Origin: Patellaria atrata CBS 101060
Taxonomy: Eukaryota
Direction of reading: 5' to 3'
NCBI GenBank assembly: GCA_010093705.1
Contig: MU006120.1
Coordinates: forward strand, 1 to 64,000
DNA length: 64,000 nucleotides
This document shows, piece after piece, positions 37,208-51,745 of the stretch. Below the pieces are notes generated by a model. That model was not told where the DNA came from. It saw only the letters and a list, made by a program, of their open reading frames with translations, and ran no database searches. Made by a program: the position numbers and the translations under genes. Within the stretch, counting starts at the first letter, position 1. Every line of letters starts with the position of its first letter.

Positions 37208-38571
37208 CTATATAACGCCCAGAATCCCCATAGCCACACCGCCAATCAATCCAACAGGTGCGTAAGTTTGACCTGGGCACGCACCGGAGCTTGTTGCAGC
37301 AAAACCTGTCGCGCTAGTTGTACGTGTGCTTCGTGTCGTCGTAGGCATGAACGTCTCTGTTGAGGAGGGAACGGGACAGTCCGATAAACAAGGGATGTAT
37401 GACGTGAAGGGAATATCACGAATTTCTGATGAAACGAGTGAGCCCGCGATAACGGGAGCTTGTGTTGCGATCTGGGGGTCAGGAAGGACAGAAGTTGCAT
37501 TGGGGGATAGAACACTTTATTTGGTACGATTAGTAAAGCGATCTTATAGTCCCCCTGGCGCGAGAAGATGATAAGAAATCAAGGAAAAAACTGTTGGACT
37601 CACTTGTCAATCACGTGTATTGCACCATTGGAGAACAGCAAATCGGCTTGTACGATCTTCGCGCTGTTGACATATGTCTGTCCTCCGAAGAACCAGATGG
37701 TTACTTCCTCTCCTGACGTCGTGTTGAGCCGGGTCCCATTGACCAAGTCTGAAGAGTAAAGTAAATTATTTGGTACGACATGGTATCCTGCTGTCTCACG
37801 AAGGGTAGCGTTTCCCATGTCCGACCAAACCGAATTTATCCTTTGAAATGCCGAGTTTTTCGGCGCGAAAACAGTAACATCCGTAAAGTTGTCTGGGGTA
37901 CTACCTGCCGCAGTGAAGAATCCGGATGCTGCGTCCAAGTCGTAGGCAGAAGACGTGTTGTACCAACCCATTGGAGGAATCAAGACGCTGTCTACAATGT
38001 GGATAATGCAATTCTCCGCGTCAATATTCTACTCGATTCAGCATTATCTCATACAGGTTTCGGTATAAGCAGAGCTGGGAAGTAGACTCACCGCATCTGT
38101 CACAGTGCTCCTTGCTCCACCTCCACTAACAACAGTAACCACATCCTCCAGATCCCCGGGTTGCCTCACCAGTGCGACTCTTTGCCCTCCAGTAACGCCA
38201 ACGGGAATCTCGCCATCACTTTCTCTCAGCCATGTAGGATAGAATCCCAGATCACCGTTGAGCATCTCGCTGCGGATCATGCCTTGCAGAACATGATATT
38301 GCAGTAATTGACGAATAAAAGCGGTTTCATTATTAGAGAAGTAACGGTTCAGAGACGTGTAAGGGATCTTTTCCATCGCATCATTCGAGGGTGCCAGAAG
38401 AGTGAACGACTGGGACCAAGAGAGGGCTCCATATACATCTGTGTAGTTCCCAAGCAGTTGGGCAAATTGGGAAAGACTTTCAGTGTCGCGAAGAGTAGAA
38501 GCAAAGTCGCACGAAACGAGTGAGGTCACAATGGAGAGGGTTGAGAAGAGGTAGCGAGCGATGAGACCCAT
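37208..38571 (-). CDS. Fasciclin (two FAS1 domains), secreted, probable GPI anchor; 3 exons
   Basis: Signal peptide; FTLLAPSNDA, LLQYHVL, VTVFAPKNSAF, YHVV, NGAIHVID; Ser/Thr-rich stretch then a hydrophobic C-terminus. Confidence 0.9.
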
Positions 38572-39070
38572 CTTTTCTAATTGAACGATTGTATATCCCT
38601 CTCTACGTCGATACATAGTAGAGTGACGAGAACGAGAGACGATCGACGAAAAATAGTTATGGTAACGTGAGAAATCAAACGAAGAAAAAGGAGAACAGCC
38701 GTATTTAGAGCTTAAACTACAATTCAGGACTTATGATACGCATCGATAGCTATGCTGGCAGGGTAACGTAGGCTTTGCAGGTGCAGATGCAGTGCATGTT
38801 TTGTTTTTCCATTGTTCTTCATAATGGAACCAGTACGATAGACAGCTGTGCCGTCTTTCAGCAAGGTTGCCACATGTTGTACTTCGTTCAAAGGGAGAAA
38901 TCAATATTCTAGGTCGGGAATATTGTATGCTTGTGTCCAGTTCTGTACGCTCGTGTCTGCACCTCAGTCTGCAAGGCGAATCTCAAGACGGGAGGGGAAG
39001 ACAACCTGAAGACAAGCCCACACACGACAGATGAGCATGCAGGGACCGGGAACGAAAACGATAGAATTGG

Positions 39071-39109
39071 ATAGGAAGATAGGAAGATAGGAAGATATGA
39101 AGATAGGAG
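39071..39109. repeat. Short tandem repeat (ATAGGAAG) x~5
   Basis: ataggaagataggaagataggaagatatgaagataggag. Confidence 0.85.
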
Positions 39110-40594
39110 GTTTAATAATAGGATAAGAGAATGTCCTATAATCACAAAACTGGATATTTGAGTATTACAACCACCACTCGTCGTGTCGCACCCCCATCTC
39201 CAACCTACAGCTTTCTGCAGCCACTCGCACGCAACGAGAACTTTGAAAACTCTTAAATGGCTAAAGAGTAGACGAATCAGTTCATAGAGGCACTTGAAGG
39301 CTGAGACACAAGTCTTATTGGAAGCATTGATCCTCACTTTCATCGCTGGAATTTAATTGTTCTACTCGCCACGCTAGTCCTGATTTTCGCGCAGGAAGAA
39401 AGTATTCTCATAGAGATGTATTTGAGATCTCAGTGAAAATTTGAGCGTCCCTGCCTCAGTTACATGGAAATTTTTCAGAGGAAAAGTTTTCATGAGGTGC
39501 TGCAGGCTAAGTATAAAGAGTTCTTGTCAAGGATACTGTATTTTTACGTAGGCTTTCTTTGACGATACCGCCCTTGCTCCACAGTAAGGGGATCTGATAG
39601 ATTCCTATCTCATTAATAGAGTGGAGGAGTTCTACCCCGAGAAGTTCAATTTGCTCACTGACCGTTCATGTGATCTAATGGACTTTTCGTCGTGACTATA
39701 AGATGATTGTTCAGAAATCACAACAAGTCCCCTCTTGCCTAATATGACAATCATCTAGAAATTCTTGATCTGCTCGATGTAAGGATGTCGCGCGTGACGG
39801 AAACCGGTCTTCCCGCACAGAAACTGATAAACAATAAAGTAAATTAATCAACTGCAGGTCGCCGCTGTAGCTTGAGTGAAGGCGATTGCTTGTCGTGTTG
39901 AGCATGCCGTTGCCGACTAACCATAACGTTAAAGTGAACGTCTCTCCTTTCATCACCCATCCCGCTCCAGGTATGAAATTTCCCTTTTGGTATCCCGTAC
40001 TTCTACTGGGAAATGGTTTCGAAGGTGCCCGTCCGAATGTTCCGCAGTTCTTGTCCCCTTCTTTCCGCGGCTGTATAGAAGATGTGACGGTGTAACGGTG
40101 AAACGGTCACGCAAGATGATGCACAATTTAAAGATGTTAGTATGTAGATCTTCCTGTTCCTGACGTATACGTGTGATGAGTTGCCCAGGATTTTAAAACA
40201 TTTCGCGGGGTATAATCCATGCCTATATTCCGCCAGGTACGTTCAAGATCCATATCTTAATATCAGGCTCAACGGCCCGCATGCATTTCAACCTCACCTT
40301 CAACCATCTGAGTCGCTCGTTCTCTGTTGAGGCACTCGACCGAATAATCTATTTCGAGCAACGGTTTTAAAGGAATAAAGAATACTATAATATGTTAGCG
40401 ACAGAAACTCGTGGCGCCTAGCTTTGACAAAATGACGCTGCTAATCATTAAACCTGGTGGACCCACCGGCACAAATTTGGAGCCTCCGAGCCCTAGGAAC
40501 GACGTGCCCTCTTAAACCTACTTATACCCGTGGAGATGGAGGAATCTAAAAACTTGAGATATTGTAGTTTTGGGACCGTCGTCTACAGCTCGAG

Positions 40595-43115
40595 ATGCGA
40601 TCCGCTGTATTGATCTTGAGCGTAGCTGCTCTAGCAACGGCTCGTCCAACAGAGTGGTTGAAATGTAGGTTCAGACACCGCTCGCACTGATACCGGTCTT
40701 ACCAGTGCATAGGTGGACCAGAAGCAGACGCACAATCATGTGCTCCCGGATATGTTTGCACTTTTGTGGAAGAGGATTTTGCGCAGTGTATCCCAAATTG
40801 TATGTAACCCTTATGAACGAATTTTTCTGACTCCTTTAACTAACGTGATTCCAAGCGCTCGAGGAAGAGCTTAGAAGGCGAAATACTGGAAATAATAAGC
40901 GACAAACTGCGTCAAATCTTAACTGGGATGCCGCATATACCAAGGCGAGCGCAGCTCTTGCTAAGTTGTCTCTTTCTCAGAAGGTCGGAATAGTTACTGG
41001 ACTAGGCTGGCAGAAAGGTCCATGTGTAGGCAATACTGCTGCGGTGAGCTCAATTGGATATCCTTCACTGTGTCTCCAGGATGGCCCACTTGGATTCCGC
41101 TATGCAACAAAGAATACTGCGTGGCCTGTCGGTATCAACACAGCTGCCACCTGGGATAAGAAAATGATTCATGATCGCGGTGTTGCAATGGGCCAGGAAG
41201 GAAAACAGCTGGGCATTCATGTACAACTCGGTCCAGCATGCGGCCCAATGGGAAAGATCGCTCAAGGGGGTCGTAACTGGGAAGGCTTCAGCCCTGATCC
41301 CTATCTTTCTGGAATGGCTATGGCGGAGACAATCACTGGCATTCAGTCATCCGGTATCCAAGCAACTGCGAAACATTACATTCTTAACGAACAGGAGAGA
41401 AACAGGGAGACTATGAATTCCGTCGTTGAGGATAGAGCTTTACACGAACTTTACCTGTGGCCCTTTGCTGATTCAGTTAAAGCCAATGTTGCATCAGTAA
41501 TGTGCTCTTACAACAAACTGGATGGTGCTTGGGCTTGCGAGAGCGACAAATATTTGAACCAAATATTGAAAAAAGAGCTTGGATTTCCAGGTTATGTCAT
41601 GAGCGATTGGAATGCACAACATAGCACAGTACAGAGTGCCAACACTGGATTGGATATGACTATGCCAGGAACCGATTTCAACAACCCACCAGGTAACATC
41701 TACTGGGGTCAAAATTTGATTAATGCCGTCAATCAAAGGCAGGTCCAGCAGTCAAGGGTTGATGATATGGTCAAGCGTATCTTAGCAGCATGGTATCTTG
41801 TTGGCCAGGACAGTGGATTTCCATCTGTACAATTCAACTCGTGGAATGGTAATGGGGGTCCCAATGTCCAGGGAAATCACAAAGATTTGGCTCGGGCTGT
41901 TGCTCGCGACAGCATTGTACTTCTGAAAAACAAAAACGGAGCATTACCACTTAAGAAGCCAGCTAGTCTAGCCATAATCGGCTCTGATGCTATCGTAAAC
42001 CCCCAGGGGGCAAACGCGTGTGGAGATCGAGGTTGCAACAGCGGCACTCTGGCTATGGGTTGGGGTTCTGGAACTACAGAGTTCCCATACCTCATCGCAC
42101 CTCTTGACGCCATCAGGACGAAAGCACAAGCCGATGGCACCACAATCACTACGTCAACATCGGATACAACTAGTGCAGGAGCTTCAGCCGCCTCGGCCGC
42201 GGCAACTGCAATCGTCTTCATCAATGCTGATTCGGGTGAAGGATATATCACTGTTGAGGGGCATGCGGGAGACCGAAACCACCTCGATCCATGGCATAAC
42301 GGCAATGATCTCGTGAAAGCTGTCGCTGCCGTAGGAAAGCCAACGATAGTTGTCATCCATAGCGTCGGTCCTCTAACTCTTGAGCCTATTGAGGCCCTAT
42401 CAAACGTCGTCGCAATCGTTTGGGCAGGCCTCCCTGGCCAGGAGAGTGGAAACGCACTCGTCGATGTTTTATATGGGTCAACGAGCCCGAGTGGAAAGCT
42501 GCCGTACACTATCGCCAAACAACCATCCGATTACGGAACTTCAGTCAAACCCGGAGACGACAATTATGCGGAAGGTTTGTACATCGATTACCGACATTTC
42601 GACAAGAACAACATTGCTCCTCGATACGAATTTGGCTACGGTCTTTGTAAGTATCATTCCAAATAAATTTCTCAGGGGTAAAGTACTGACGGTTTCTCAA
42701 AATAGCGTACACAAACTTCACATACGCCGACATTGCCGTTAAAAGTACAGCTACCTCAGGCGCAGCGAGTACGACCATTGTACCTGGTGGTCCTAATGAT
42801 CTCTATAATCCGGTGGCTACAGTCACTGCTAGCATTACAAACTCTGGTGCTGTTGCGGGTGCTGAAGTGGCTCAGCTTTACATTGGCATGCCGTCCTCTG
42901 CACCTGCGTCGCCACCTAGACAGCTTCGTGGATTTGAAAAGCCCATGATCCAGCCAGGACAGAGTGCTACTGTAAGCTTTGTACTTAGAAGGAAAGATAT
43001 TAGTTACTGGGATACTGGAAAGAAGACCTGGGTAGTCCCCAGCGGTGACTTCACAGTTTCGGTCGGTGCAAGTTCGAGAGACATCAGACTGACAGGGAAG
43101 ATAACCGTCTCCTAG
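40595..43115 (+). CDS. Secreted GH3 beta-glucosidase (BglL/Cel3A-like) with an N-terminal CBM1-like domain and C-terminal Fn3-like domain; 4 exons
   Basis: LCLQDGPLG, GGRNWEGF, AKHY, nucleophile motif VMSDW, SGKLPYTI, YEFGYGL, AEVAQLY, QLRGFEK; two short 5' exons encode the signal peptide and a 4-Cys module. Confidence 0.93.
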
Positions 43116-43941
43116 AGGGGATAAGAGGTGGAGGCGATGTGAGATGAGAATGTATATATGAAAATGAAATCGTTATTAGATAAATAAATCAGCTAGGTCT
43201 CTCTAAGGCTGCCGAGTACTCTGATTGATATGCGTGGAGAGGAAGCAGGTAAGTAAAGACCGAGAATAAAGATTTTGCGAGATTAAATCATCTTAAACCA
43301 TATGGTAAGCCTTAACAAGGAACTCTTCATCACGCATGTTACAGGTAAAGGGAGTCTTAGGGGACTCTCTAAGAGGGTTATGGAAATGATGTTTGTTGCG
43401 TTGATAAAGTTGCTAGTTCTATCTCCAAAGGGGTCACCAGGTAGCGTAAAAATAGAAAAAAGTCATCAACTCAAGCTGACGCTAGAAGAATAGCAACGAA
43501 GTAAAGTTGCTGGCTGAATACAGTTTTTTGAGGTGAGGTGGTTCGAATGTTTTGGCTGGCTTTGGCACACAAAGACGCGGAAGGGTTGTTGCAACGTGCA
43601 CGGACATTTGTTTTCTAGAGCGGGAGGGTTGAACTTCTTCAGAACCTCATCATCATCCTTGAGGTAACGTCAGACTTTCAAACCATCACCCATACAGCAC
43701 TCAAGTTTCTATAAGAATTGATGGATTCAGAACTTGGAGAAATTTTGTCCCTATCTCTTTTCCCTCACTAGACCTGAATCCTCGTCGCACATTATTTACA
43801 TGCATAACTCCGCCTCTCCAGCTGTCTCTTAAAAGCCTCTCTTCCGCGGGAAACAGCACAATATATTGTCCTTCCTTCGACCCTGCTCGACCTGCCCGTT
43901 GGAGCTCATTAGGCTCCAAAGGCAGACTGCTACACTTCACA

Positions 43942-46900
43942 ACGGCTTCCAATACGAAGAAAAGGAGAATCGCGCCAGTAACCTCGTCTGAGCCTCCGGC
44001 ACTCCCCAACAACAACACCAACTCAGCAGCCTCTGTGAATGAGAAGTCCGGTTTAGCTTCACCACGATCCTCACCTCATCCCCTTCCTCTGAGTATACGT
44101 CGTTCTGCCTCTCCGCCCCGTTACCTACCGCCGCATCTACACGAGGAGATTCTGGAAGCAACCGCGGAATCTGCCGGATTTCAAAGAGAGAATAATTCTT
44201 CGGCAGCTAGCTCACCGAGCGAAGCTTACGCTGGCTTGACGCTGGAGAGCAGTGAGGGCTGTGATACTTCAAGTTCTAATACTGATAGAAGAGGGTCTAC
44301 AACATCGGGCGAGGAGGACGGCCAGAATCTACATACCTCAGCATCGTTACAACAACGGATTTCTCTCACACAACCGAGCTTACGCCGTCCGCAGAGGTGT
44401 GCATCTCCGGCTAAACGAGCTGCTTCTGAAATGGAAGAGCGCGATACTTCACGAATGGAAGGAAACATGGACATCGATAATACCGATTCCGCTCCAAATC
44501 AAAATGATGGCCGAAGCCCGACGGTTACAAAACCCGCCGTACCACCCAGGCCTCAGAACCAAAGGCAAGCTTCGGTCGATATGCTTAGGGAAGGGCATGA
44601 TAATATTGACTCAACCAAATCTGGAAACATCAATGACCCCCCTTTATCCAGCCAGGTATCAAGTAGCGGGACCTTGACTGTAACGGATTCACAACCATCA
44701 CGACGAAGTGACGATGCAGTTAGCCTACCAACTTTACCAAGGATCTCACGTGATGCACCGTCAATAGATCAACAGGTTTACAGGGTCATGGATGCTTTGG
44801 CGAATCCCTTGAACGAAGGTGACATCGGCTATGTACTATCGGGCAAGTGGTTTAACCGGGTTCTAGCAAGGACTTCTGAAGCCGTGGGTGGGGATTACGA
44901 TAAAAGCGCTTTGGAAGGCGATATTGGGCCGGTTACTAACATTGACTTACTCCCGGAAGGGTGGGAAACAGAAAATCTAAGGGATGAACTGAACGAAAAG
45001 TTTATACCCATACGGAAAGATCTCTCCTTCAAAGAAGACTACGAACTGGTCACGCAGAAAGTCTGGGAGTGGCTTATGGAATGGTATGGTTTTGACAACA
45101 GGTGTCCCCCAATTGTCAGGTATGCCCATGATACTGCGCCTGAAGGTGCCGGTCAGTCAAACGTTCAATACGAGTTGCATCCGCCTATCTTCACCATCCG
45201 AAAGGTTCTCAGTGAGTCGAATGGTATGACACATCAAAGCATTAAAGACGCACAGCTTGATGCACCTCGTATTTGCGCTAGCACAACCACAAAATTCCAA
45301 GCTTTTCTCACCAAAGCTAAGGAATCTGCACGCATTGAGATGAATAGGAAAGTGAAACTTTGGCGTGTGATAGATACGTTACCAGCTGTGTCTGATGACG
45401 ATGCTGGCAAAGGCCAATCAGGTATGCTGACTCCGGCGACTTCAAGGGAAGTGTCACCATCACCCAATCATCAACCACGTCCTAAGCTTATCATTGACGT
45501 CCTGGGATTCACCTCCATGGTCGAAGGTCAACAGCGAGAAATGGTGGACGTTAAAGACCATACGTCCGATCCGAAATATAACGGTGGCGTGAGGCTGGGT
45601 ACAGTAGGACTTGCTATTGATCAAACACTCATTCTCGAAGAACAGATCGGGGGACCTGCTGGCGGAGAATTCGTATCAGACTCTTCTAGGAAGACCGCGT
45701 CGAGGCATGGTATCCAGATCACTGTTACTAAGGATGGCAAAACGAAGGTACAGAACAAAGATGACACAAAGTCTACAAATACCAGCGGTCGAAACACCCC
45801 AGTACAACCTGGCCCTCTTACTCGAGGAAGGGCGAGGAAAGATGGAAGGACTAGGGGTAGTGTGGGATTGATGAACCTGGGAAATACCTGCTACATGAAC
45901 TCCGCACTGCAATGCATTCGGAGCGTTGAGGAACTTACCATATATTTTCTAAGTAAGACTTTATCTGACCCGCTTTCGATCAAGCGCTAACTAAAGAGAA
46001 GAAAACAAGTACAAGGAGGATCTCAATCCCAATAACCCGTTAGGACATAACGGTCAGATTGCAAAGGTCTATGCTGGCTTACTGGCGAGTGTTTATGACG
46101 ATAACTCTCCCACTTCGTTCTCCCCGAAGAACTTTAAATACCAACTCGGACGAAGTCAGCCACTATTTTCTGGGTATGGCCAGCAGGATTCACAAGAGTT
46201 CCTCAGCTTTCTTGTTGATGGGCTTCACGAAGATCTCAATCGCGTCTTGAAGAAGCCATATACTGAGAATCCGGAATCAGATGACAAGACAGTTAATGAT
46301 CCTGAAGCGATCAAGCAGCTGGGTGAGAAGTTCCGCCAAATTCACCACTCCCGTAATGATTCCATCGCGATGGATATTTTCAATGGCTTTTACAAAAATA
46401 CCATGGTTTGCCCTGTCTGTGATAAAGTCAGCATCACTTTCGATCCCTTCTCCTTATTGACACTACAATTACCTTTCGAACAAACATGGACACATCAGAT
46501 CATTTTCATTCCTTTACGCGGGCCTCCTATCCAGATTGCTATCGACATGGATAAAAATGGAACCATCAAGAACTTAAAAGAGTATATAGCTAAGAGAATT
46601 CCTGGACTCGATTGGAAGAGATTGATGATGTGTGAAATTTATAACAGCAAGTTTTACAAGACGTTTGACGACCGAACTAGCATCATTGAAGCCAACATTC
46701 AGCCAAAAGACGATATAGTCGTGTACGAAATCGAGGATGTGCCAACAAACTTCCCACCCCCACCGAAGAAGCAAAATAAAATAAGGTCTATGGTTAATTG
46801 GAATACTGTCTCATCAGAAGAGGAGAGTAGTGAAAATGAATCCCCACTCAGCGAGCGGATGTTAGTACCAGTATTCCACCGCAGAATCTCTCCAACCTCA

Positions 46901-49028
46901 TATTCCAACGCTAGGGCTCTGACCTTGTGGCCGGGCTTCATACTACTTACCCGCGAGGAAGCCAAAGACGCGGATGCAATTCTCCGCAAAGTTCTCAATC
47001 TGGTCGCCGGCATGACAACGAAGGACATAATATCAGAAGATAACTCTTTATTCCGAACGATGACCGCCAGCAAGGCCTCAGACACGGTACTGACCACAGA
47101 TGAAGATGCATCTTCAGATGATCCCAAAGTCAAAACCCGGTCGGTTGAGGGAGAAGAGGGTATGGTAGATGTTTCAATGTCAGATTCGTCTTCGGATCAA
47201 ACGCAAAATGCTTCTTCAGAAGATGACAAAAAGAGCAGATCCGGATTTCTAGCGCCGGGTAGTTTTATCCCACCAGAATGTCGCAGCTTGTTCGACATGA
47301 AATATCTCAAAGCTGGGAGGGAAATCATTCCCACAGGCTGGAGTTCATTTGAGGGATCAAAAGACTATCCTTCCATTGAGTCACGTATTCCTCAAAGGTC
47401 AGTACAGGATCTCTCCCCAAGGTCCTCCGCGTCGAATAGCAGCACCGACGATGTTGAAGATATACCCGAATTCTCAAATAACGCCAACGACGCCTTGGAT
47501 GGTGACGAAAGCGATATAAGCGTTCCGCCCGTTGAAAGATTTAACCAAAGGCGCTCCAATCCGAAGAGACAGACAAGGGGTAGAAAGAATAAGATGGTGA
47601 CCTACTCTAGAAAGGGCAAGTCGGTAGCTAACAAACAGGCATCACGCACTCCCCCTGAGGTGGACGAAGACGCCGCATTGATCCGATTAAGAGAAGCTAT
47701 TCTCCTCGACTGGAATCCTCAAAGTTACGAAGCTCTATTCGAGGGTTTGGACAACGATGATCTACGGGGCCACGAGTCATGGAAAGAAATGGTATTACTC
47801 GAGGATCCTGAACTCGTGGAGAAGAAAGCAAAACGGAATGCTCGGAAAAAGTCCGGTATCACTCTTGATGACTGCTTTGCAGAAACAGCAAAGAGTGAGA
47901 TTCTTTCCGAGGAGAACGCGTGGTACTGTAATAGATGTAAGGAGCTCAGACGAGCCAGCAAAACCCTCGAGATCTGGACTGTCCCGGATATACTGGTAGT
48001 GCATCTGAAGCGATTCAGTGCCAATAGAGGTCTCAGGGATAAAGTGGACCTTCTCGTAGACTTCCCAATTGAAGGTCTCGACCTTACGGGACGCGTCGGA
48101 TTACCCGAAGACAAGAGTCTGGTCTACGATCTGTTCGCAGTCGACAACCATTATGGTGGCCTTGGAGGAGGACATTATACCGCCTTCGCCCAGAACTTCT
48201 TTGATAAAAAGTGGTATGAGTATAATGGTATGTTTGATACTTCTTATACTTCTCCCGATGTATAGCTAATAACCTCTACCAGACTCGATGGTGACCCCAC
48301 GCAAGCCTGAATCTGTCGTCACAACCGCAGCGTACCTCCTCTTCTATCGTCGACGCTCAGAGACGCCCTTAGGTCCACCTTACCTCCAACAGCTCGTAGA
48401 AACCTACTATAACCCAACCCCTATTGAAGTAGAATCTCAATCACAGTCCTCCTCTCGCGCTGGCTCACCGGCGGGAAAAGGCAGGCGCCTCGACGGCTCG
48501 TCCCCCAATGGGTCGTCGAGCGCTTCAGCCGCAGTCGGAGCAACTCACCAGCGCGGGGGTGGTGGGGCGGGTGGCCCGCAAGGGATAGCAGCTCGGAGCG
48601 CGAACGCGAGTAGCCAGATGGAAGCGGAACTGCCGGCGTACCAGAGTAACGAAGAGCTGGAGGAGGATGAGGGAGTAGCGATGGGGGAAGATGCGTTTAT
48701 GGGGACGATCGGGCCGGCTAATATTTACGCGGATGGCGCGTGGGATTGGACAAATATTGGAACATTAGGGAATAGGAATGAGGATGAGGAGATGCTTGAT
48801 GGGGATGATGCAGCGAGCGATACTGCGATGGGAGGAAGTGAGATTGGTGATCAGCAGTTGTTGGAGGATTTCGGGGATGAGGGTGTGGTTCCAGTGGCTA
48901 CAAAACTGGATGACGATGATGAAGAGATGCCGCAGCTTGTGACTGATGATGAGGTTCTGGGAAATGACAGCGAGGAGGATGTTGTCGCGGAGGTTAGAGT
49001 CGGAGACAAGGATTTCAAAGTAGATTGA
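43942..49028 (+). CDS. UBP12: Ubiquitin-specific protease Ubp12 (USP4/15-like; DUSP + split catalytic domain); start uncertain (first in-frame ATG is 44431)
   Basis: Cys box GLMNLGNTCYMNSALQC, QQDSQEF, WYCNRC, VHLKRF, His box NHYGGLGGGHYTA, AAYLLFYRR; two introns near 45953 and 48228. Confidence 0.92.
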
Positions 49029-49450
49029 ACATCCCTTGTCCGTAGCATGCGAAGGGTTGGTTGAAAATGGAAGACGCGCAATTTGTACAGTGACTGCGTC
49101 GGTCTTCCCCTTTCCTTTTCAAATCAGAGGAGCATTGTTTACATTAGATATCTGCATAGAACATTAGAGTATCCAGGCCAGGTAGGGCAAAAGAGCATCG
49201 GCATAGGGTATGTTGTGGGCAATAGCAACAGAAAGGAAAAGGAACTCGATATTATGGTATTAGATACCCAGATATTTCGACAACAGACGTATGCCTCTCA
49301 ATACTTAACTTTGACCTTCAATGCTGTGACGTGATGATGTCCCCATATAATGTCGAAAGGTAGACTTCTTCTCATTCCATTTTGGACAAAAGACAAGCGT
49401 AACCCGCTCCACAAGCATAATATACCATACAGGTGCACATTTTCCTCTCT

Positions 49451-51364
49451 CTAAAACGTGGTAGTGGCCAACCTACTGGCAGCATTCTTCGCATCAACCT
49501 TATCGTCATCATCCTCTCCGCCCTTTAAGCTTTCAGCTCCACTTACAGCTCTCTTCCTCCCTTTACCCACTACCTCCTCCTCTTCATCTTCCGGTAGTGG
49601 AGGGGCAAAACCTCCGCTAATGCTCCTATTGAGACCATCCTGTCTCCTCGGTACGCCGCTCCACGCGTCACCCTTTGGGCCCTGGCTGCTCGCCATACTA
49701 GCACGACGCTGTGCGGGATGCGTCTCGCGACCTAGACGAGAGAGTCCACCAGAGGCGTCAATGGCCCGAATATCCGGACGTACGGATTCCAATGTCGCCA
49801 GCACCCGCCGCTCAGCCTCGATCTGGCGGACGACGTATTCGCGGATAGCGGTCTTGAGGTCGGCGCTGGTTCGCGCAAACCACTTACGGCGCTCTTGAAC
49901 AAGGTTCACAGTAACGCGCTGACACTTCTGTGTGAGGTACTGTTCATGGGATCTCGCTTCGTCGAGAGCGGAAATAGCTTCATCAACCTTGTCACGGCGG
50001 ACAGAGGAAGACGCTTTAAGGCGGTCTGCAGCGGAGAGTTTGGAGCGGGTGACTTGTTGGGCTTGAAGGAGCTCCCGGAGGAGGATGTGGCGGTTCGTGA
50101 GGGTCTCTTTAACGATGAAGGCGTCGCTGCTGTGATATTGGAAGGGGTCGCTGAGCGTGGTGGCTTCCGCAGTGCCTTGTGCAGCATGGAGGTCACCGGT
50201 TGCTTGAATGATCTTACCAAGTTTGCGATACGCGTTCCCAAGACCTGGATGAGGTTCCTGAACGTGCATTTGGGTGAATTTGACACCTAGGTCTGCTTCT
50301 GCTAGGCCGAGACCTATGTTGACTTAGTACAGAACGCTTTTTCCATGACATTTAGGGATTCCTTACCTCTCCTAGCCTTGACGACTCTATCAACCTTCTG
50401 TCCATTCTCCATAGTGCTTAAATAAAACATCTTTACGGTAGGTCTTGCTTCGGCAAGCTCGGGTGTGTCATCCGGAGGCGGAGCGAACTGCTTTATCACC
50501 TTTCGTCGAACACCAGTAGCCGGCTGCTTACGCCTTATGACAGGACTGTACCCAAAATCACTTTCCACGAAGAATACCATTTCTTCATCCCTCATTAGTA
50601 CTTCGTTTCCACACACGTTGTTCAGCCATCTTTGTATTAGGGCCTTCACTCGAGCCTCATCCTCGTCTGTTCCAACACCTGCAGCGGTGACGGGAGGGGG
50701 AACCGCAGGGACGAATGCTTCGGGATTCGCAGATATTAAGTGCTCTGCTAGCTTCTGGAATTCGCTATGGGTTCGTCTGACGTCGCGGAATTGGGTAGTT
50801 CGGAATTTCGGGAGATTAGTCTAAATATGTCAGAGATAACAGTCTTCATTCATGAATTAGGGACGCATAATTGTTCAATACACATACATATACATCGAAT
50901 CTGAAGATCGGATCTTTACGTCCTGTCCTTTCTAGTGCGGTGACCTTGGTCTGTAGCTTATACTGAGGTATATTTTGCCGTGGTCTACCATGATACCGTT
51001 CCGATGACTGCCTCTGCTGGTCCTGGGCTTGCAGCGCCTGCTGTTGCTGCTGGTGATACTGTTGCGCCGAACGTTGGCCATGATGATGTTGTGCTTGCTC
51101 TCCTTCCCGTTGTTCTCTCCCATTGGAAGCTCTTGGTGGAGAATCCGTCGGAATTCCTTCAGAAGTATAACTACGAGTGAGATCTGGCGACTCTTGGCCT
51201 TGTGCGCTTGTGTATGAGGATTCATCGTATAACGGGGGGGGAAGACTGTCTGTGGAAGCGGACGGGGTTCCAAAGCTGGGTCTACTGTGTTTAGGTGAAG
51301 AGGCCCATGGTGATGGACCACCTGGGTTTTCCGGATCCCCTGGAAGAGCTGAAGAGTAGTCCAT
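49451..51364 (-). CDS. VPS17: Retromer sorting nexin Vps17 (PX-BAR), 3 exons
   Basis: LERTGRKDPIFRFDV, TNLPKFRTTQFRDVRRTHSEF, KQFAPPPDDTPEL, GGLSRLGRE, DAKNAASRLA. Confidence 0.93.
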
Positions 51365-51745
51365 GGTAAATTGTATGGAGATTACGTGAATGAAGGAATC
51401 GAAATGGGTGTTATGAGGCTTGTGTACTGTTGACAAAACGTCGACGTTCAGAGCTGGATGTTAGACGACAATTAGACATCCGGGAGTCAAAGAGGTACCA
51501 CGAGTACCGCGAGCACCCCGAGTACCAAAGCTTCGGGCGTCTTCGCACCCGGAGGTACCGGAAAGATGGGCATTAGCGGGCGCTCTGGATACCCCGCGGC
51601 CCCCAAAAATCGGTTCAGCAGACGGGCTGGGACGGGAAACCATTTCTGCAACTTCCATCACCGCGCAAACTTCATCCTTCCCGTCTTAGCTCAATCATTT
51701 CATCACTTATCTTTTCAAGTTCAATGTCTTCAAGATAGAGAGGGG

